Notes: generated by a model from the letters alone, not told the origin. A stretch of DNA of 32,000 nucleotides from an archaeon (GCA_041657425.1 JBBABY010000003.1:60001-92000); one strand, 5' to 3'; positions 14,552-23,116 are shown, numbered from the stretch's first letter. Program-made: numbers and translations.

Positions 14552-14815
14552 TTATAACATATTCCCGGCCCAAATAGCGTAAAACCCGGATACTGTAAAT
14601 ACCAAATACATAATAATCAATGCCGCATAGCTCAATCCTCCATCCCACCACTTATTATGACCGCCAATAGCCCATACAAGCAGTATAGGGTTTGATATCA
14701 TCCACACGAGAATAGCAAGGTTATGATTGAGCCAAATTGAGTTTATTAAAGTTCCGGTAATACCTATTGCAGAACCTATAATAGATAATACAGAACCGAT
14801 AGTCTTTTCATTCAT
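14552..14815 (-). CDS. small three-helix membrane protein
   Basis: 87 aa with three hydrophobic segments. ATGA-coupled to the MazG-like gene. Confidence 0.5.
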   Translation of the reverse strand: MNEKTIGSVLSIIGSAIGITGTLINSIWLNHNLAILVWMISNPILLVWAIGGHNKWWDGGLSYAALIIMYLVFTVSGFYAIWAGNML

Positions 14816-15117
14816 TTTATACCAAGTAATATATTTCGGATACGCTGTTCTTTTCTTAACATTTCACAATTAACCTTTTTAGTGTATTCGGGATCATGTT
14901 TAAGCATCATGATATCAATCTGCTCTAACATAATACGCACATCTGCTTCTTCTTCTGCGATGGAGGCGATACGAGACTTCAGATTTTCTTTGTCGGTTTC
15001 TCTCTTGTACTTTGAAATCGCCTTGATCAATTCCGAACATTCTTCAATAGCAATATCAAGTTGTTTCGATTCACCATATTTTTGTATCATTTGTTCTAGG
15101 AGTTTTTGGGAGATCAT
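14812..15117 (-). CDS. MazG-like all-alpha nucleoside triphosphate pyrophosphohydrolase
   Basis: IEECSELIKAISKY ... IAEEEADVRIMLEQI matches the paired EExxE / EExxD metal-binding helices of the MazG family. 101 aa. Confidence 0.65.
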   Translation of the reverse strand: MISQKLLEQMIQKYGESKQLDIAIEECSELIKAISKYKRETDKENLKSRIASIAEEEADVRIMLEQIDIMMLKHDPEYTKKVNCEMLRKEQRIRNILLGIK

Positions 15118-15392
15118 TAAAAATCCTCCACTCTGAAGTAACAGCGCAGGAATGGGAGGGCGACAGTAAATGCATAAATGATATTAATTATTACAGAAAT
15201 TAACATGCTCGTTAATCCCAAAAAAATATTGGCGCCAAATTCTTTTTGAGTGCTCGCCAATGGTAATGTGAACAGCCAAATCGCCCAAATGATGGTGGGA
15301 AGAAGTATAATTACCCCCTCTATAAAAATATTAAATGCAGTGCAAGTATTCGCCTTCACTTGTTTCTTAAAACATTCACTTGGTGTGGTCAT
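15117..15392 (-). CDS. hypothetical membrane protein
   Basis: 91 aa with 2-3 TM helices, coupled at both ends. Confidence 0.5.
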   Translation of the reverse strand: MTTPSECFKKQVKANTCTAFNIFIEGVIILLPTIIWAIWLFTLPLASTQKEFGANIFLGLTSMLISVIINIIYAFTVALPFLRCYFRVEDF

Positions 15393-15625
15393 AAGAAATT
15401 CTCCAAAACATCTATTGATTCTGTTAGTTCTTTAACCCTTTTATCCTGACACGTATTCATATAATCAAACAACTTAACTTCACTATCTTCCATATCATCA
15501 GTCTTAAATTTTATCCGTGCGCGTTCTAAATAACATTTGAGAATGCGAATTGCATATTTTCCATCTGGCGTTGCGTCTACGTGAAAATCTCGTGTATTCG
15601 TTGTTAATTCTGGTATTGTGGACAT
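15389..15625 (-). CDS. hypothetical protein
   Basis: The ATG at 15625 (MSTIPELTT) has a GGGTGA SD 7 nt upstream. The track start at 15685 would overlap the upstream gene by 53 nt. Confidence 0.5.
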   Translation of the reverse strand: MSTIPELTTNTRDFHVDATPDGKYAIRILKCYLERARIKFKTDDMEDSEVKLFDYMNTCQDKRVKELTESIDVLENFL

Positions 15626-15632
15626 TTTGAAA

Positions 15633-15902
15633 TCACCCATACTTAAAAATATAATCTTTCTTCTTCGGAACCAATGAAGGAGCACTTCTTTCTAATTTCC
15701 TCTTCTTACTAATGATAAAAAGTCGTATTGGGAACAAGATAATACGCACGATAAGCATACTAACCGGAATATAAACATTAATTATTCCGAATATACATGC
15801 TACAAATCCCACAATTGTTCCAATAGTCAATCCAATTTCGGGGAACTTTAATCCCCAAAGTATCCAATTTACAATGTCGTATTGTTTTTTGGTTGTTAAC
15901 AT
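15633..15902 (-). CDS. hypothetical membrane protein
   Basis: 89 aa with two long hydrophobic helices. Confidence 0.5.
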   Translation of the reverse strand: MLTTKKQYDIVNWILWGLKFPEIGLTIGTIVGFVACIFGIINVYIPVSMLIVRIILFPIRLFIISKKRKLERSAPSLVPKKKDYIFKYG

Positions 15903-16088
15903 TTAATCACATTCCTCTAAATAATCATCATCTGTTGTTGAATAACCAACCTTTTCGAGATTCAATACAGATTCTTTACCACAATCTGGACATGATAATA
16001 CGATATCAATATTAGCATCAGAAAAACTAAAACTCTCCTCACGATCCACTTCTTTTGCTTTGTATTTTCCACAGTATGGGCACTTCAT
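15903..16088 (-). CDS. zinc-ribbon protein
   Basis: CPYCG ... CPDCG, 61 aa, ATGA overlap upstream. Confidence 0.55.
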   Translation of the reverse strand: MKCPYCGKYKAKEVDREESFSFSDANIDIVLSCPDCGKESVLNLEKVGYSTTDDDYLEECD

Positions 16089-16636
16089 TTCTCCATTTCC
16101 CCCTTTACAATCTCCCCAATAACCCCCAACCCGGCGTCAAGTTCCTGCGCATCGTGCATATCACATTCTTTTTTCTTCTCGCGTATTGCATCTTGTACAT
16201 ATTTTGACTCAAACAATGCTTCACCCAAGACATCACCATAAGTCACCCATCTTTCATCTTTATTGAGTGTCTTCATCTCATCTTCGAATTTCACTATCAT
16301 ATCATCAAAATCCTTTACAGATTCCGGACAATCATTTTTGAACTGGCACTCCCAATATTGTTCCTGCACATCATATCCAAACTTTGTTGCCAAATCCTGT
16401 TCATTAATATCAAAAAGATGATACCACTTGTTACTTTCATTCATCACTAATACAAAACCCGAAATTTCAAACCACTTACTGGCATCTTTCATTGAATCTA
16501 CCATCTCGCGGTCTGCAATTAATTCTATCATATCCTTCATATTGTCGGACACTAATATAACAGTGTATTCATCTCTTTCTCCGCACTTGTACCTTATAGT
16601 ATACTTATACAATTTGATTATTTCCGCTTCAACCAT
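16085..16636 (-). CDS. hypothetical protein
   Basis: First ATG is at 16636 with a GAGGGG SD 5 nt upstream. The track start at 16663 is TTG. Confidence 0.55.
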   Translation of the reverse strand: MVEAEIIKLYKYTIRYKCGERDEYTVILVSDNMKDMIELIADREMVDSMKDASKWFEISGFVLVMNESNKWYHLFDINEQDLATKFGYDVQEQYWECQFKNDCPESVKDFDDMIVKFEDEMKTLNKDERWVTYGDVLGEALFESKYVQDAIREKKKECDMHDAQELDAGLGVIGEIVKGEMEK

Positions 16637-16838
16637 TGTAACCCCTCGCGCGGATCGTTTCAATTGGCACTACATAAGATTCTTCTTTCCGTGATTCGTT
16701 CCATACAATGATCATAGCAAATTCTCCATCAATATCTTTAATTTCCCCAGCCTGTTCGAGCCGGTTTTTAGGAATCCAGCAGGGGCGGTTAGGCCCGACC
16801 CGCCACCATATTGGCTGCTTTTTGTGAAAATCAACCAT
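16629..16838 (-). CDS. hypothetical protein (first gene of the block)
   Basis: 69 aa. ATG lies 23 nt downstream of TTAAATACA. Confidence 0.5.
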   Translation of the reverse strand: MVDFHKKQPIWWRVGPNRPCWIPKNRLEQAGEIKDIDGEFAMIIVWNESRKEESYVVPIETIRARGYNG

Positions 16839-16861
16839 GCGTATAGTAGATAGGTGCGCAT

Positions 16862-16974
16862 TGTATTTAATGGTTTTCCTTCGGTCTTCCTTTTCGCGCG
16901 CGGGTCAAAGATAAGTCGCATGAGTATATTAAAATTGATATATAATGTATGTGTATACACAAACTTTAAATACT
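16862..16974. promoter_or_regulatory. divergent promoter pair
   Basis: Minus-strand TTAAATACA (16862-16870) is 23 nt from the ATG at 16838. Plus-strand CTTTAAATACT (16964-16974) is exactly 20 nt from the ATG at 16995. Confidence 0.55.
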
Positions 16975-16994
16975 AAAAGTGACGATAGATTTAT

Positions 16995-17342
16995 ATGTTA
17001 GTAGATAAAATTAAAACTGACTTCGAAGTGAGCAATAGTCTCAATGCCGAATCTTCTCCAAAAACCACCTATACATTTTTGTTATTTGGGTTAGAAAGAG
17101 AGTTCTTTGGTCAGATAATCAGCGGTGCATCAACAGATATACAAATATCAGATGGGTTTGCTTGTATAGTTGCCTTTTGTCCAGATAAGCCTATTAGAGA
17201 AAAGATATGGGCAGATTTTACAGGCATGAAAAAGGGGGGAACACCCACAAGGGAGGCTGCTATCCTTTCACTTGGTTCACTTACTGATTACCTAGCAGAA
17301 TGCTTAGACCTTACAGAGAGCTCTATGGGAGGGTTCTTGTGA
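16995..17342 (+). CDS. hypothetical protein (leaderless first gene of the ATPase operon)
   Basis: 115-aa ORF with promoter geometry as described for 16964-16974. Confidence 0.55.
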   Translation: MLVDKIKTDFEVSNSLNAESSPKTTYTFLLFGLEREFFGQIISGASTDIQISDGFACIVAFCPDKPIREKIWADFTGMKKGGTPTREAAILSLGSLTDYLAECLDLTESSMGGFL

Positions 17343-18358
17343 GGATAGACAAAGCTGAATATAACTTCCTTCCACTCGGGCCGGCCAATGGTAGTGCTGT
17401 AAAGCGATTTGCCATAGAAGTTCAAAACTACATTGAGAGTGAGAAACCAATACCCCCGAGCGCACTTGGTAGATATATTGCAGAAAGAATTACTGATGAG
17501 AAAGACAGGCAGGATTTTATCGGCGCGGTAGCTGGTGATAGAGGTTCGGGTAAGAGCTACACTTGCTTGTGGATACTCTGGCGCACATCAGTAGAAATAT
17601 CAAAACTCCTTGGTGGCGACCCATTAGATTACTTTGACCCACGTGAGAATGTTCTTTCATTAGATGATGCCCAATCAGTATCAGAACTACTTGCAAGGAA
17701 GTCAAAGAATAAATTCCAATGCCTGCTTATAGATGATAACACAGCACTTGGCGCACATGATTGGAATACAAAAACCAGTAAGAATGCAGTAAAGATATTT
17801 ACAACTATGAGAACAATGCGCAATTGTATTTTTCTAAACGCGCCGCAAATTAAAGGAATCGATAATTCTATTCGTGATTATGTTCAAATATCTTTTTGGG
17901 TTACAAAATCATGCCATGCAGCAGGATTTAATATCATACGTGGTAACTCCAAACAAATGAGTGCGAGCGGGAAATCTTATCTTCACAGATTAAATTTCAA
18001 CAATAATGTTCTTGACTTGTGGGCATCATTTAAACCCCCGGAACATATTCTCGAATATTATGATCAGGCTCGGGAAGAATCTGCAAAACGCCTCGCAGAG
18101 TTAATTTCTGAAACCGGAGAAAGTGTGAGAAAGAGGGATTATACAGACGGAAAATCTCTTGTAGAAAGACGCACGGAAAAACTTATAGAAGAAAAAGGAA
18201 GAGATATTCAAGAAATTATAGATAGGAATCCCAAAATATCACAACGCGAATTTGCTTCGGAACTTTGTATTCATCCGGATATTTTAGGACGGATTCTAGG
18301 AAAAATGAATATACGACGCATTGAAGGTAAATATGAGGTGGTAGAAAATGTCAGGTGA
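17339..18358 (+). CDS. P-loop NTPase with C-terminal winged-helix-like domain
   Basis: Walker A AGDRGSGKSY and Walker B CLLIDDN. C-terminus ISQREFASELCIHPDILGRILGKM is HTH-like. The GTG at 17339 has a GGGAGG SD 6 nt upstream and a GTGA overlap; the alternative ATG at 17300 has no SD. Confidence 0.6.
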   Translation: MRIDKAEYNFLPLGPANGSAVKRFAIEVQNYIESEKPIPPSALGRYIAERITDEKDRQDFIGAVAGDRGSGKSYTCLWILWRTSVEISKLLGGDPLDYFDPRENVLSLDDAQSVSELLARKSKNKFQCLLIDDNTALGAHDWNTKTSKNAVKIFTTMRTMRNCIFLNAPQIKGIDNSIRDYVQISFWVTKSCHAAGFNIIRGNSKQMSASGKSYLHRLNFNNNVLDLWASFKPPEHILEYYDQAREESAKRLAELISETGESVRKRDYTDGKSLVERRTEKLIEEKGRDIQEIIDRNPKISQREFASELCIHPDILGRILGKMNIRRIEGKYEVVENVR

Positions 18359-18842
18359 AAAAATTGATAAGGAATCAGAATTATTAAAATATAGTGAAAA
18401 ATTGGTAGAAATCCAAAAGGACGGAGAAGAACATTCATATAAAGAATTTTTTGAAATTCTGGATAAAATCAAAAAATTGATAGATCCAAATTTTACGGCA
18501 ATACCACCGGATTTGAAAAAAAGTATAGGTATGGCTACTGTTACAGCAGTTGCAGCACCGGATCCAGAGCAAAGGGTTGATATATGCCGGGCAGGATTGA
18601 CACTTTTAAGAACAGCGGTTATTTTAGCAGGGGGGCCACAAAAGAAGGAATACTTGGATAAAATATTGGATCACGAAAAAGCAATTTCTGCTGAATTAAA
18701 AAGAATTTCCCCGGATCCGGAGTCAGAGCACGTTACACTTTTTGACGTTGTGTGGCGCGCAACTTCGTTCTTGGTGTTGATGTCCTTTACTGGATATGGT
18801 GAGATAAATTCTGCTGGGTTTTCATGGGATGGGGGGAAGTGA
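18348..18842 (+). CDS. hypothetical protein
   Basis: 164 aa with a GAGGTGG SD 6 nt upstream. Confidence 0.55.
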   Translation: MSGEKIDKESELLKYSEKLVEIQKDGEEHSYKEFFEILDKIKKLIDPNFTAIPPDLKKSIGMATVTAVAAPDPEQRVDICRAGLTLLRTAVILAGGPQKKEYLDKILDHEKAISAELKRISPDPESEHVTLFDVVWRATSFLVLMSFTGYGEINSAGFSWDGGK

Positions 18843-18848
18843 TACAAC

Positions 18849-19418
18849 ATGACTATGCGCGACCTGTTTAAAGATGATGACGAAATACAAGATGACTATA
18901 ATGCAGACCCGGAACAACCACAGATAACGGATGGTGGTGAGGAAGAGCAACCACAAGATAATGGTATGTATGACGATGGCACGGGCACCATTCCAAACAA
19001 CGATATATCCATGATATCCAAGGATTTTAAATATATTGATAGATTCGTGACTGTAAAGGGAATGCCCGGACCAGCCCGTAATACTAATGAAGAAAGCAAT
19101 TTTATCTTAAATGACTCGTTTGCCGAACAATTGGTGATAAATTTTTTATCAGATGCAGACCAGCGAAAGATCTGGAGGAACCTATGCGATATAATCGATG
19201 AGAGCGAGGGAAGTGGTAATGCTAAAGTTGCACAATCCGATGCGAAACTATTGGCTTCGCGTATATTAATGAAACGCAGTTCTACAGAAAACGCATTGTC
19301 ACTCAATGAAAGAGCCGCGCATATTACACAGGTAAATAAATCTAATATAACTACTAAAACGAATCAAATTCGGCCTGCTAGTAGTGGCGGGTGGCTCTCG
19401 CGGTTATTTGGTCATTAA
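18849..19418 (+). CDS. hypothetical protein with acidic N-terminus
   Basis: 189 aa with a purine-rich SD upstream. Confidence 0.55.
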   Translation: MTMRDLFKDDDEIQDDYNADPEQPQITDGGEEEQPQDNGMYDDGTGTIPNNDISMISKDFKYIDRFVTVKGMPGPARNTNEESNFILNDSFAEQLVINFLSDADQRKIWRNLCDIIDESEGSGNAKVAQSDAKLLASRILMKRSSTENALSLNERAAHITQVNKSNITTKTNQIRPASSGGWLSRLFGH

Positions 19419-19479
19419 AATTTTTGCAAATATTTATAAACTATAAACACCAATACATATATAGAAAGCGTATATAAAA

Positions 19480-20589
19480 ATGCCTAAAGTTACTCGTATT
19501 TGTTTGATTTGCGGAAAGGAATTTCAAATAACTAATAGTATCGCATCTAAAGGAGGGGGTAAATATTGTTCTCGCGAATGTAATGATAAATCAAAAATAA
19601 AAGAAAAAATTGAAAAGGTATGCCCTATATGTGGGAAAAAATTTGATGTTCGTGCAAGTGAAATATCTAGAGGTGGGGGCAAATATTGTTCTATAGACTG
19701 CTATAATAAATCACGAGCAATGAAACGAATTAAAAAAATATGCCCGATTTGTGGAAAAGAATTTGAAACGTTTCTTTCATATGTAGAAAATGATAAAGGC
19801 AAATATTGTTCATTAAAATGTAGTATCGAATCTAAAAAACAAAGAATAAAAAGAATATGCCCAACTTGTGGCAATGAATTTGAAACCACCGAATCTTCAA
19901 TCTTAAATGGGAGGGGGAAATATTGTTCTCGGAAATGTGTAAATAATATACCAACTACAAAAGTGAATAAGATTTGTATTGTTTGTGGTAATAAATTTGA
20001 AGTGTATCCTTATAGATCCGAATCGGCACTTTATTGTTCGTATGATTGTTATCACAAAGATTCATCAATACGTTTTATCGGAGAAAACAATCCAAATTGG
20101 ACGGGTGGAACCAAAGAATATTGTGAAAAATTTAACAATCCTTTTAAAAGAAGGGTCTTGGCATTCTGGTATGAAAATAATCAAAATATATGTCCCGTAT
20201 GCGAAGAACCAATAATAGAGGAAACTCCGCATTGCCATCACTCATATTATGATAAAAAATCGTGTTGTTTGACGACTTCCGATGGAAAATATTTTTGCAA
20301 TCTTGGGATAAAAAATAATGAAAAAACATTTGAAATAATTGGAGATCCAAACAAATTTGTCCCTCTTCATTGTAGTTGTCATGGTAAAACAAACAACAAA
20401 AAAGAACGTAAATATTATGCGCGCAAATTTGAAACGATTATAAATGAAAAATTTGGGGGAAAATCTTATTTTACAGAAGAAGAATATAAAGAATTTTTAA
20501 TCTATCATCCAGAATGGAAAATACCATATAAACATAATAAAAAAATTATTTCACCGGCGTGTGCGCCAGTATTTTCATCACAAACATGA
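19480..20589 (+). CDS. protein with five tandem FCS/TRASH-like zinc-ribbon modules and a C-terminal HNH-like endonuclease motif
   Basis: Five copies of [IV]CxxCG[KN]xF-x(11-14)-YCSxxC, then CPVCEEPIIEETPHCHH ... PLHCSCHGKTN (HNH-like). The last 44 nt overlap the convergent gene 20546..21499. Confidence 0.6.
   Translation: MPKVTRICLICGKEFQITNSIASKGGGKYCSRECNDKSKIKEKIEKVCPICGKKFDVRASEISRGGGKYCSIDCYNKSRAMKRIKKICPICGKEFETFLSYVENDKGKYCSLKCSIESKKQRIKRICPTCGNEFETTESSILNGRGKYCSRKCVNNIPTTKVNKICIVCGNKFEVYPYRSESALYCSYDCYHKDSSIRFIGENNPNWTGGTKEYCEKFNNPFKRRVLAFWYENNQNICPVCEEPIIEETPHCHHSYYDKKSCCLTTSDGKYFCNLGIKNNEKTFEIIGDPNKFVPLHCSCHGKTNNKKERKYYARKFETIINEKFGGKSYFTEEEYKEFLIYHPEWKIPYKHNKKIISPACAPVFSSQT
19498..20080 (+). 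repeat. intragenic tandem repeat, about 117-120 nt unit, five copies
   Basis: Units start at 19498, 19618, 19738, 19855 and 19972 (the last degenerate). DNA-level conservation is visible around ATATGCCC..TGTGG.AA.GAATTTGAAAC and GGCAAATATTGTTC. Confidence 0.7.
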
Positions 20590-21499
20590 GTGCACTTATA
20601 CCTATACACGCTACAAAAACAATAATTCCAGCCCACGTCATGTTTAGTCCTCCCGATGCCGCTCTAGCCGCTAGGGTTTCAGCCAACTGGCGTAAAAAAC
20701 CTCCCCATGCAGCCGGATTGCGTGAACTAGAATAAGAATTGTCAATTCGCACCCACGGAACATCGACGTAAAGTTTTACATTGACTGGCGTAGGTATCTT
20801 TCCTTCGTCCATATACTTCCACGCTTTCGCCAACGAGTGAATTTGATCATCGGGAGACAAATCGTTATGTATATCACATTCCTTCGCTATAGCAGCCCTT
20901 TCCGGTGATACGTCTTTCGTCCAACCGTTAGCATCCAACAAAATGGACGAAGGAACAGACCCGATATTAACAACGGGCTTTGTTTCCCACGATCCCTGCA
21001 AAAATTTAGCAAAATCCGTAGATTGATCTACCGGTTTCAATTTTTTACTTATACCAGTCAAAAATTTGTATTTATGTTCAACAAGAGCATTATAACGGTC
21101 TTTTTCAAAAACAAGACATGCACCAGCCTCGGATTTCAAAATAAAATTTAAATTTAAATCCGTCTTAAATATCACATCGCTGTGACTTGTCATAGCAACA
21201 TATAATCCGTGGAAAGGAGCCATCATATCCCATCGAAGATGCGCCCAATACGCCCACGCAACAAAATACATTAAGAGAGCAACCGGAATAAAAAATACAT
21301 ATAATGGCGTACCCCAAAATGCTGTATTAAATATTCCACCAAAAAATGGCTGATCTACTAATGACCATTTCATTAATGAAATTATTCCGAAAATTACAAG
21401 TATACCAATTACTCCGACTATCAGAATAATCTTTTCCGGCGTCAAAAATTTCTCAACCGGTTTTTCTTTTTCGGAAATTTGATCTGTATCTTCAGTCAT
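20546..21499 (-). CDS. membrane protein (N-terminal TM pair, globular domain, C-terminal TM anchor)
   Basis: 317 aa. Shares architecture and local motifs with 21505..22479. Confidence 0.6.
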   Translation of the reverse strand: MTEDTDQISEKEKPVEKFLTPEKIILIVGVIGILVIFGIISLMKWSLVDQPFFGGIFNTAFWGTPLYVFFIPVALLMYFVAWAYWAHLRWDMMAPFHGLYVAMTSHSDVIFKTDLNLNFILKSEAGACLVFEKDRYNALVEHKYKFLTGISKKLKPVDQSTDFAKFLQGSWETKPVVNIGSVPSSILLDANGWTKDVSPERAAIAKECDIHNDLSPDDQIHSLAKAWKYMDEGKIPTPVNVKLYVDVPWVRIDNSYSSSRNPAAWGGFLRQLAETLAARAASGGLNMTWAGIIVFVACIGISALMFVMKILAHTPVK

Positions 21500-21504
21500 T
21501 CATA

Positions 21505-22479
21505 TCACCTACTCGCCAAATACGATGCACCCAAAATGATCAGCCCACCCAATACCAAAATCATCGCCACACCATTTCTATCCCAGAACGACAAATCCGG
21601 TATGTTATCTGCTGCCAAATCCCGTGCCTTTTTCAAAAGCAACCCACCGAATAATGAGGGGGAACGATTTTTTGGCATAAACTTATCAGAATCATATGGA
21701 TCATAGAAACAATAACATGGTATTTTTATTCCATCTGGCCATATTCTTTCTAATATAGGACGGAGTTTAACATAATCGTCAAAATCCCGTATTGTATCTG
21801 GTATCAACCCTTCGCGCGCTGCCGTAATGAAATCACATTCGCTGCCATCGGGTCTATTAAATGTAAGCAGTTTCGTTTCCTGCGACGCGCGTTTCATATT
21901 CTGCTGATCGCCAAATCGTCCATGAATAAAGTCGTCACAGACTTTGCATAGTGCAATATCGGAAACGGGATCTACAACTTCGTCGATAGAATCTTTTGTA
22001 ATCGCTGCTGGCAAACCCCCCAATTTACCCACTGCTGAAGATGAGCCCATGTGCCACATATCGGTTCTTAACAAATCATTGAAATATAATATCCCTTCTG
22101 AATGATAAGTAAGTAAACGAATAAACCATTTCCGTGACTTGGTAAACACAATTGTCTGTTGAACATTAGACCCGGAAGCCATCAAAGCGTCTTTATATCC
22201 ATAACAAGGTGCAAGCGCACCGCATTTCCTCCACCACCCGAGATTATACCAAACCCAATATGCGCCAATAATAAACGCCAATATTGCCCACAGTGGAATG
22301 GTATTTAACCAAAATAACTGTATGCTGTGAAACGGCGCAATATCAAGCACCGGATTTAACACCGGGGCCACCGTGGGTATAGGTGTCGCTGTTGCAACAG
22401 GTGTAACAACTACAACTTGGGGTGCCTGTGTGATGTTTGTAACAATTATATTAGTAAGAGGACCAGTTGCCACGCTCAT
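21505..22479 (-). CDS. membrane protein, paralogue of 20546..21499
   Basis: 324 aa. T/P/V-rich N-terminus, TM region LFWLNTIPLWAILAFIIGAYWVWYNLGWW, and C-terminal FGGLLLKKARDLAA plus a TM anchor. Confidence 0.6.
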   Translation of the reverse strand: MSVATGPLTNIIVTNITQAPQVVVVTPVATATPIPTVAPVLNPVLDIAPFHSIQLFWLNTIPLWAILAFIIGAYWVWYNLGWWRKCGALAPCYGYKDALMASGSNVQQTIVFTKSRKWFIRLLTYHSEGILYFNDLLRTDMWHMGSSSAVGKLGGLPAAITKDSIDEVVDPVSDIALCKVCDDFIHGRFGDQQNMKRASQETKLLTFNRPDGSECDFITAAREGLIPDTIRDFDDYVKLRPILERIWPDGIKIPCYCFYDPYDSDKFMPKNRSPSLFGGLLLKKARDLAADNIPDLSFWDRNGVAMILVLGGLIILGASYLASR

Positions 22480-22652
22480 TGATTGCCTCCTTTCGAAGTA
22501 ATATCATAAATTATCTTTTGACCATCCAACAAGACTTTCGCTTCCTGTTGTGGTTTAATATTTAATCTTTTTACAATTCTGTGAGGAATAGACACCATAA
22601 AACTAGAATCTTTTTGGTGTTGAATCGAAATAGTGCTTATAAACTCTTCCAT
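22476..22652 (-). CDS. AbrB/SpoVT (MazE)-like DNA-binding protein, 58 aa (below track cutoff)
   Basis: MEEFISTISIQHQKDSSFMVSIPHRIVKRLNIKPQQEAKVLLDGQKIIYDITSKGGNQ, where vsIP..i.k.L.ik.g..v.l is the swapped-hairpin pattern. ATGA overlap downstream; ATG 22 nt from the TATA box. Confidence 0.5.
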   Translation of the reverse strand: MEEFISTISIQHQKDSSFMVSIPHRIVKRLNIKPQQEAKVLLDGQKIIYDITSKGGNQ

Positions 22653-22674
22653 TATGTATTTGTAGATATTTAAA

Positions 22675-22715
22675 AGTATTTATATCTTTGTGTTAGTTTC
22701 CGAAAAGTTTATAAA
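22675..22715. promoter_or_regulatory. divergent promoter pair
   Basis: Minus-strand ATATAAATACT (22675-22685) is 22 nt from the ATG at 22652. Plus-strand TTTATAAA (22708-22715) lies upstream of the SD-led gene at 22754. Confidence 0.5.
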
Positions 22716-22753
22716 CAATGAGAGAATATATTTGAATATAAGAGGTGTTAAAA

Positions 22754-22936
22754 ATGTATAAACATTCACACGAAGCGATTAAAGAAGAGTATAATGAACT
22801 TAATAAGTGCGCAAAAGCCCGCTCTGGTATTTACACAATAAAGGGTAAGGAATTGCTTAAAGAAGACCCGCATATTGTGCGTATCGACGGGATTAAAGCA
22901 AAAGAAACTACTACAATTATGGGACTGGAGATATAA
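22754..22936 (+). CDS. hypothetical 60-aa protein
   Basis: ATG at 22754 with an AAGAGGTG SD. The track begins at a GTG at 22745. Confidence 0.5.
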   Translation: MYKHSHEAIKEEYNELNKCAKARSGIYTIKGKELLKEDPHIVRIDGIKAKETTTIMGLEI

Positions 22937-22939
22937 AAT

Positions 22940-23095
22940 ATGAAATCTGTATGTTACAAAGAAACAAAAGAAGAAGTGAATAAGATTTTTGCTGGTATAA
23001 ACGAACATGCAAAAAAACATACTGGAAGAAAACTCTTTAAATCAATTAATGAAGCAGCAGAAGACGCAAAAGGAATTAATAAAATCGAGGATTAA
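22940..23095 (+). CDS. hypothetical 51-aa protein (below track cutoff)
   Basis: MKSVCYKETKEEVNKIFAGINEHAKKHTGRKLFKSINEAAEDAKGINKIED. Its N-terminus resembles that of the preceding ORF (HEAIKEEYNEL vs YKETKEEVNKI). Confidence 0.4.
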   Translation: MKSVCYKETKEEVNKIFAGINEHAKKHTGRKLFKSINEAAEDAKGINKIED

Positions 23096-23116
23096 TTTTT
23101 AATTATCTTTTTTTTT
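23096..23116 (+). terminator. oligo-T tracts (T5 and T9)
   Basis: TAATTTTTAATTATCTTTTTTTTTC immediately after the stop at 23095. Confidence 0.4.

Noticed and set aside
16712-16960. 82-aa minus-strand ORF
   Set aside because: It spans the divergent promoter region and overlaps the better-supported gene 16629..16838 in another frame. The TATA spacing supports the ATG at 16838 instead.
17339-18358. Calling the P-loop ATPase a Caudoviricetes large terminase, and hence the element a tailed phage
   Set aside because: At about 340 aa it has no recognisable RNase-H-like nuclease half and ends in an HTH-like domain. I recognised no portal, HK97-fold capsid, tape-measure or tail genes anywhere in the window.
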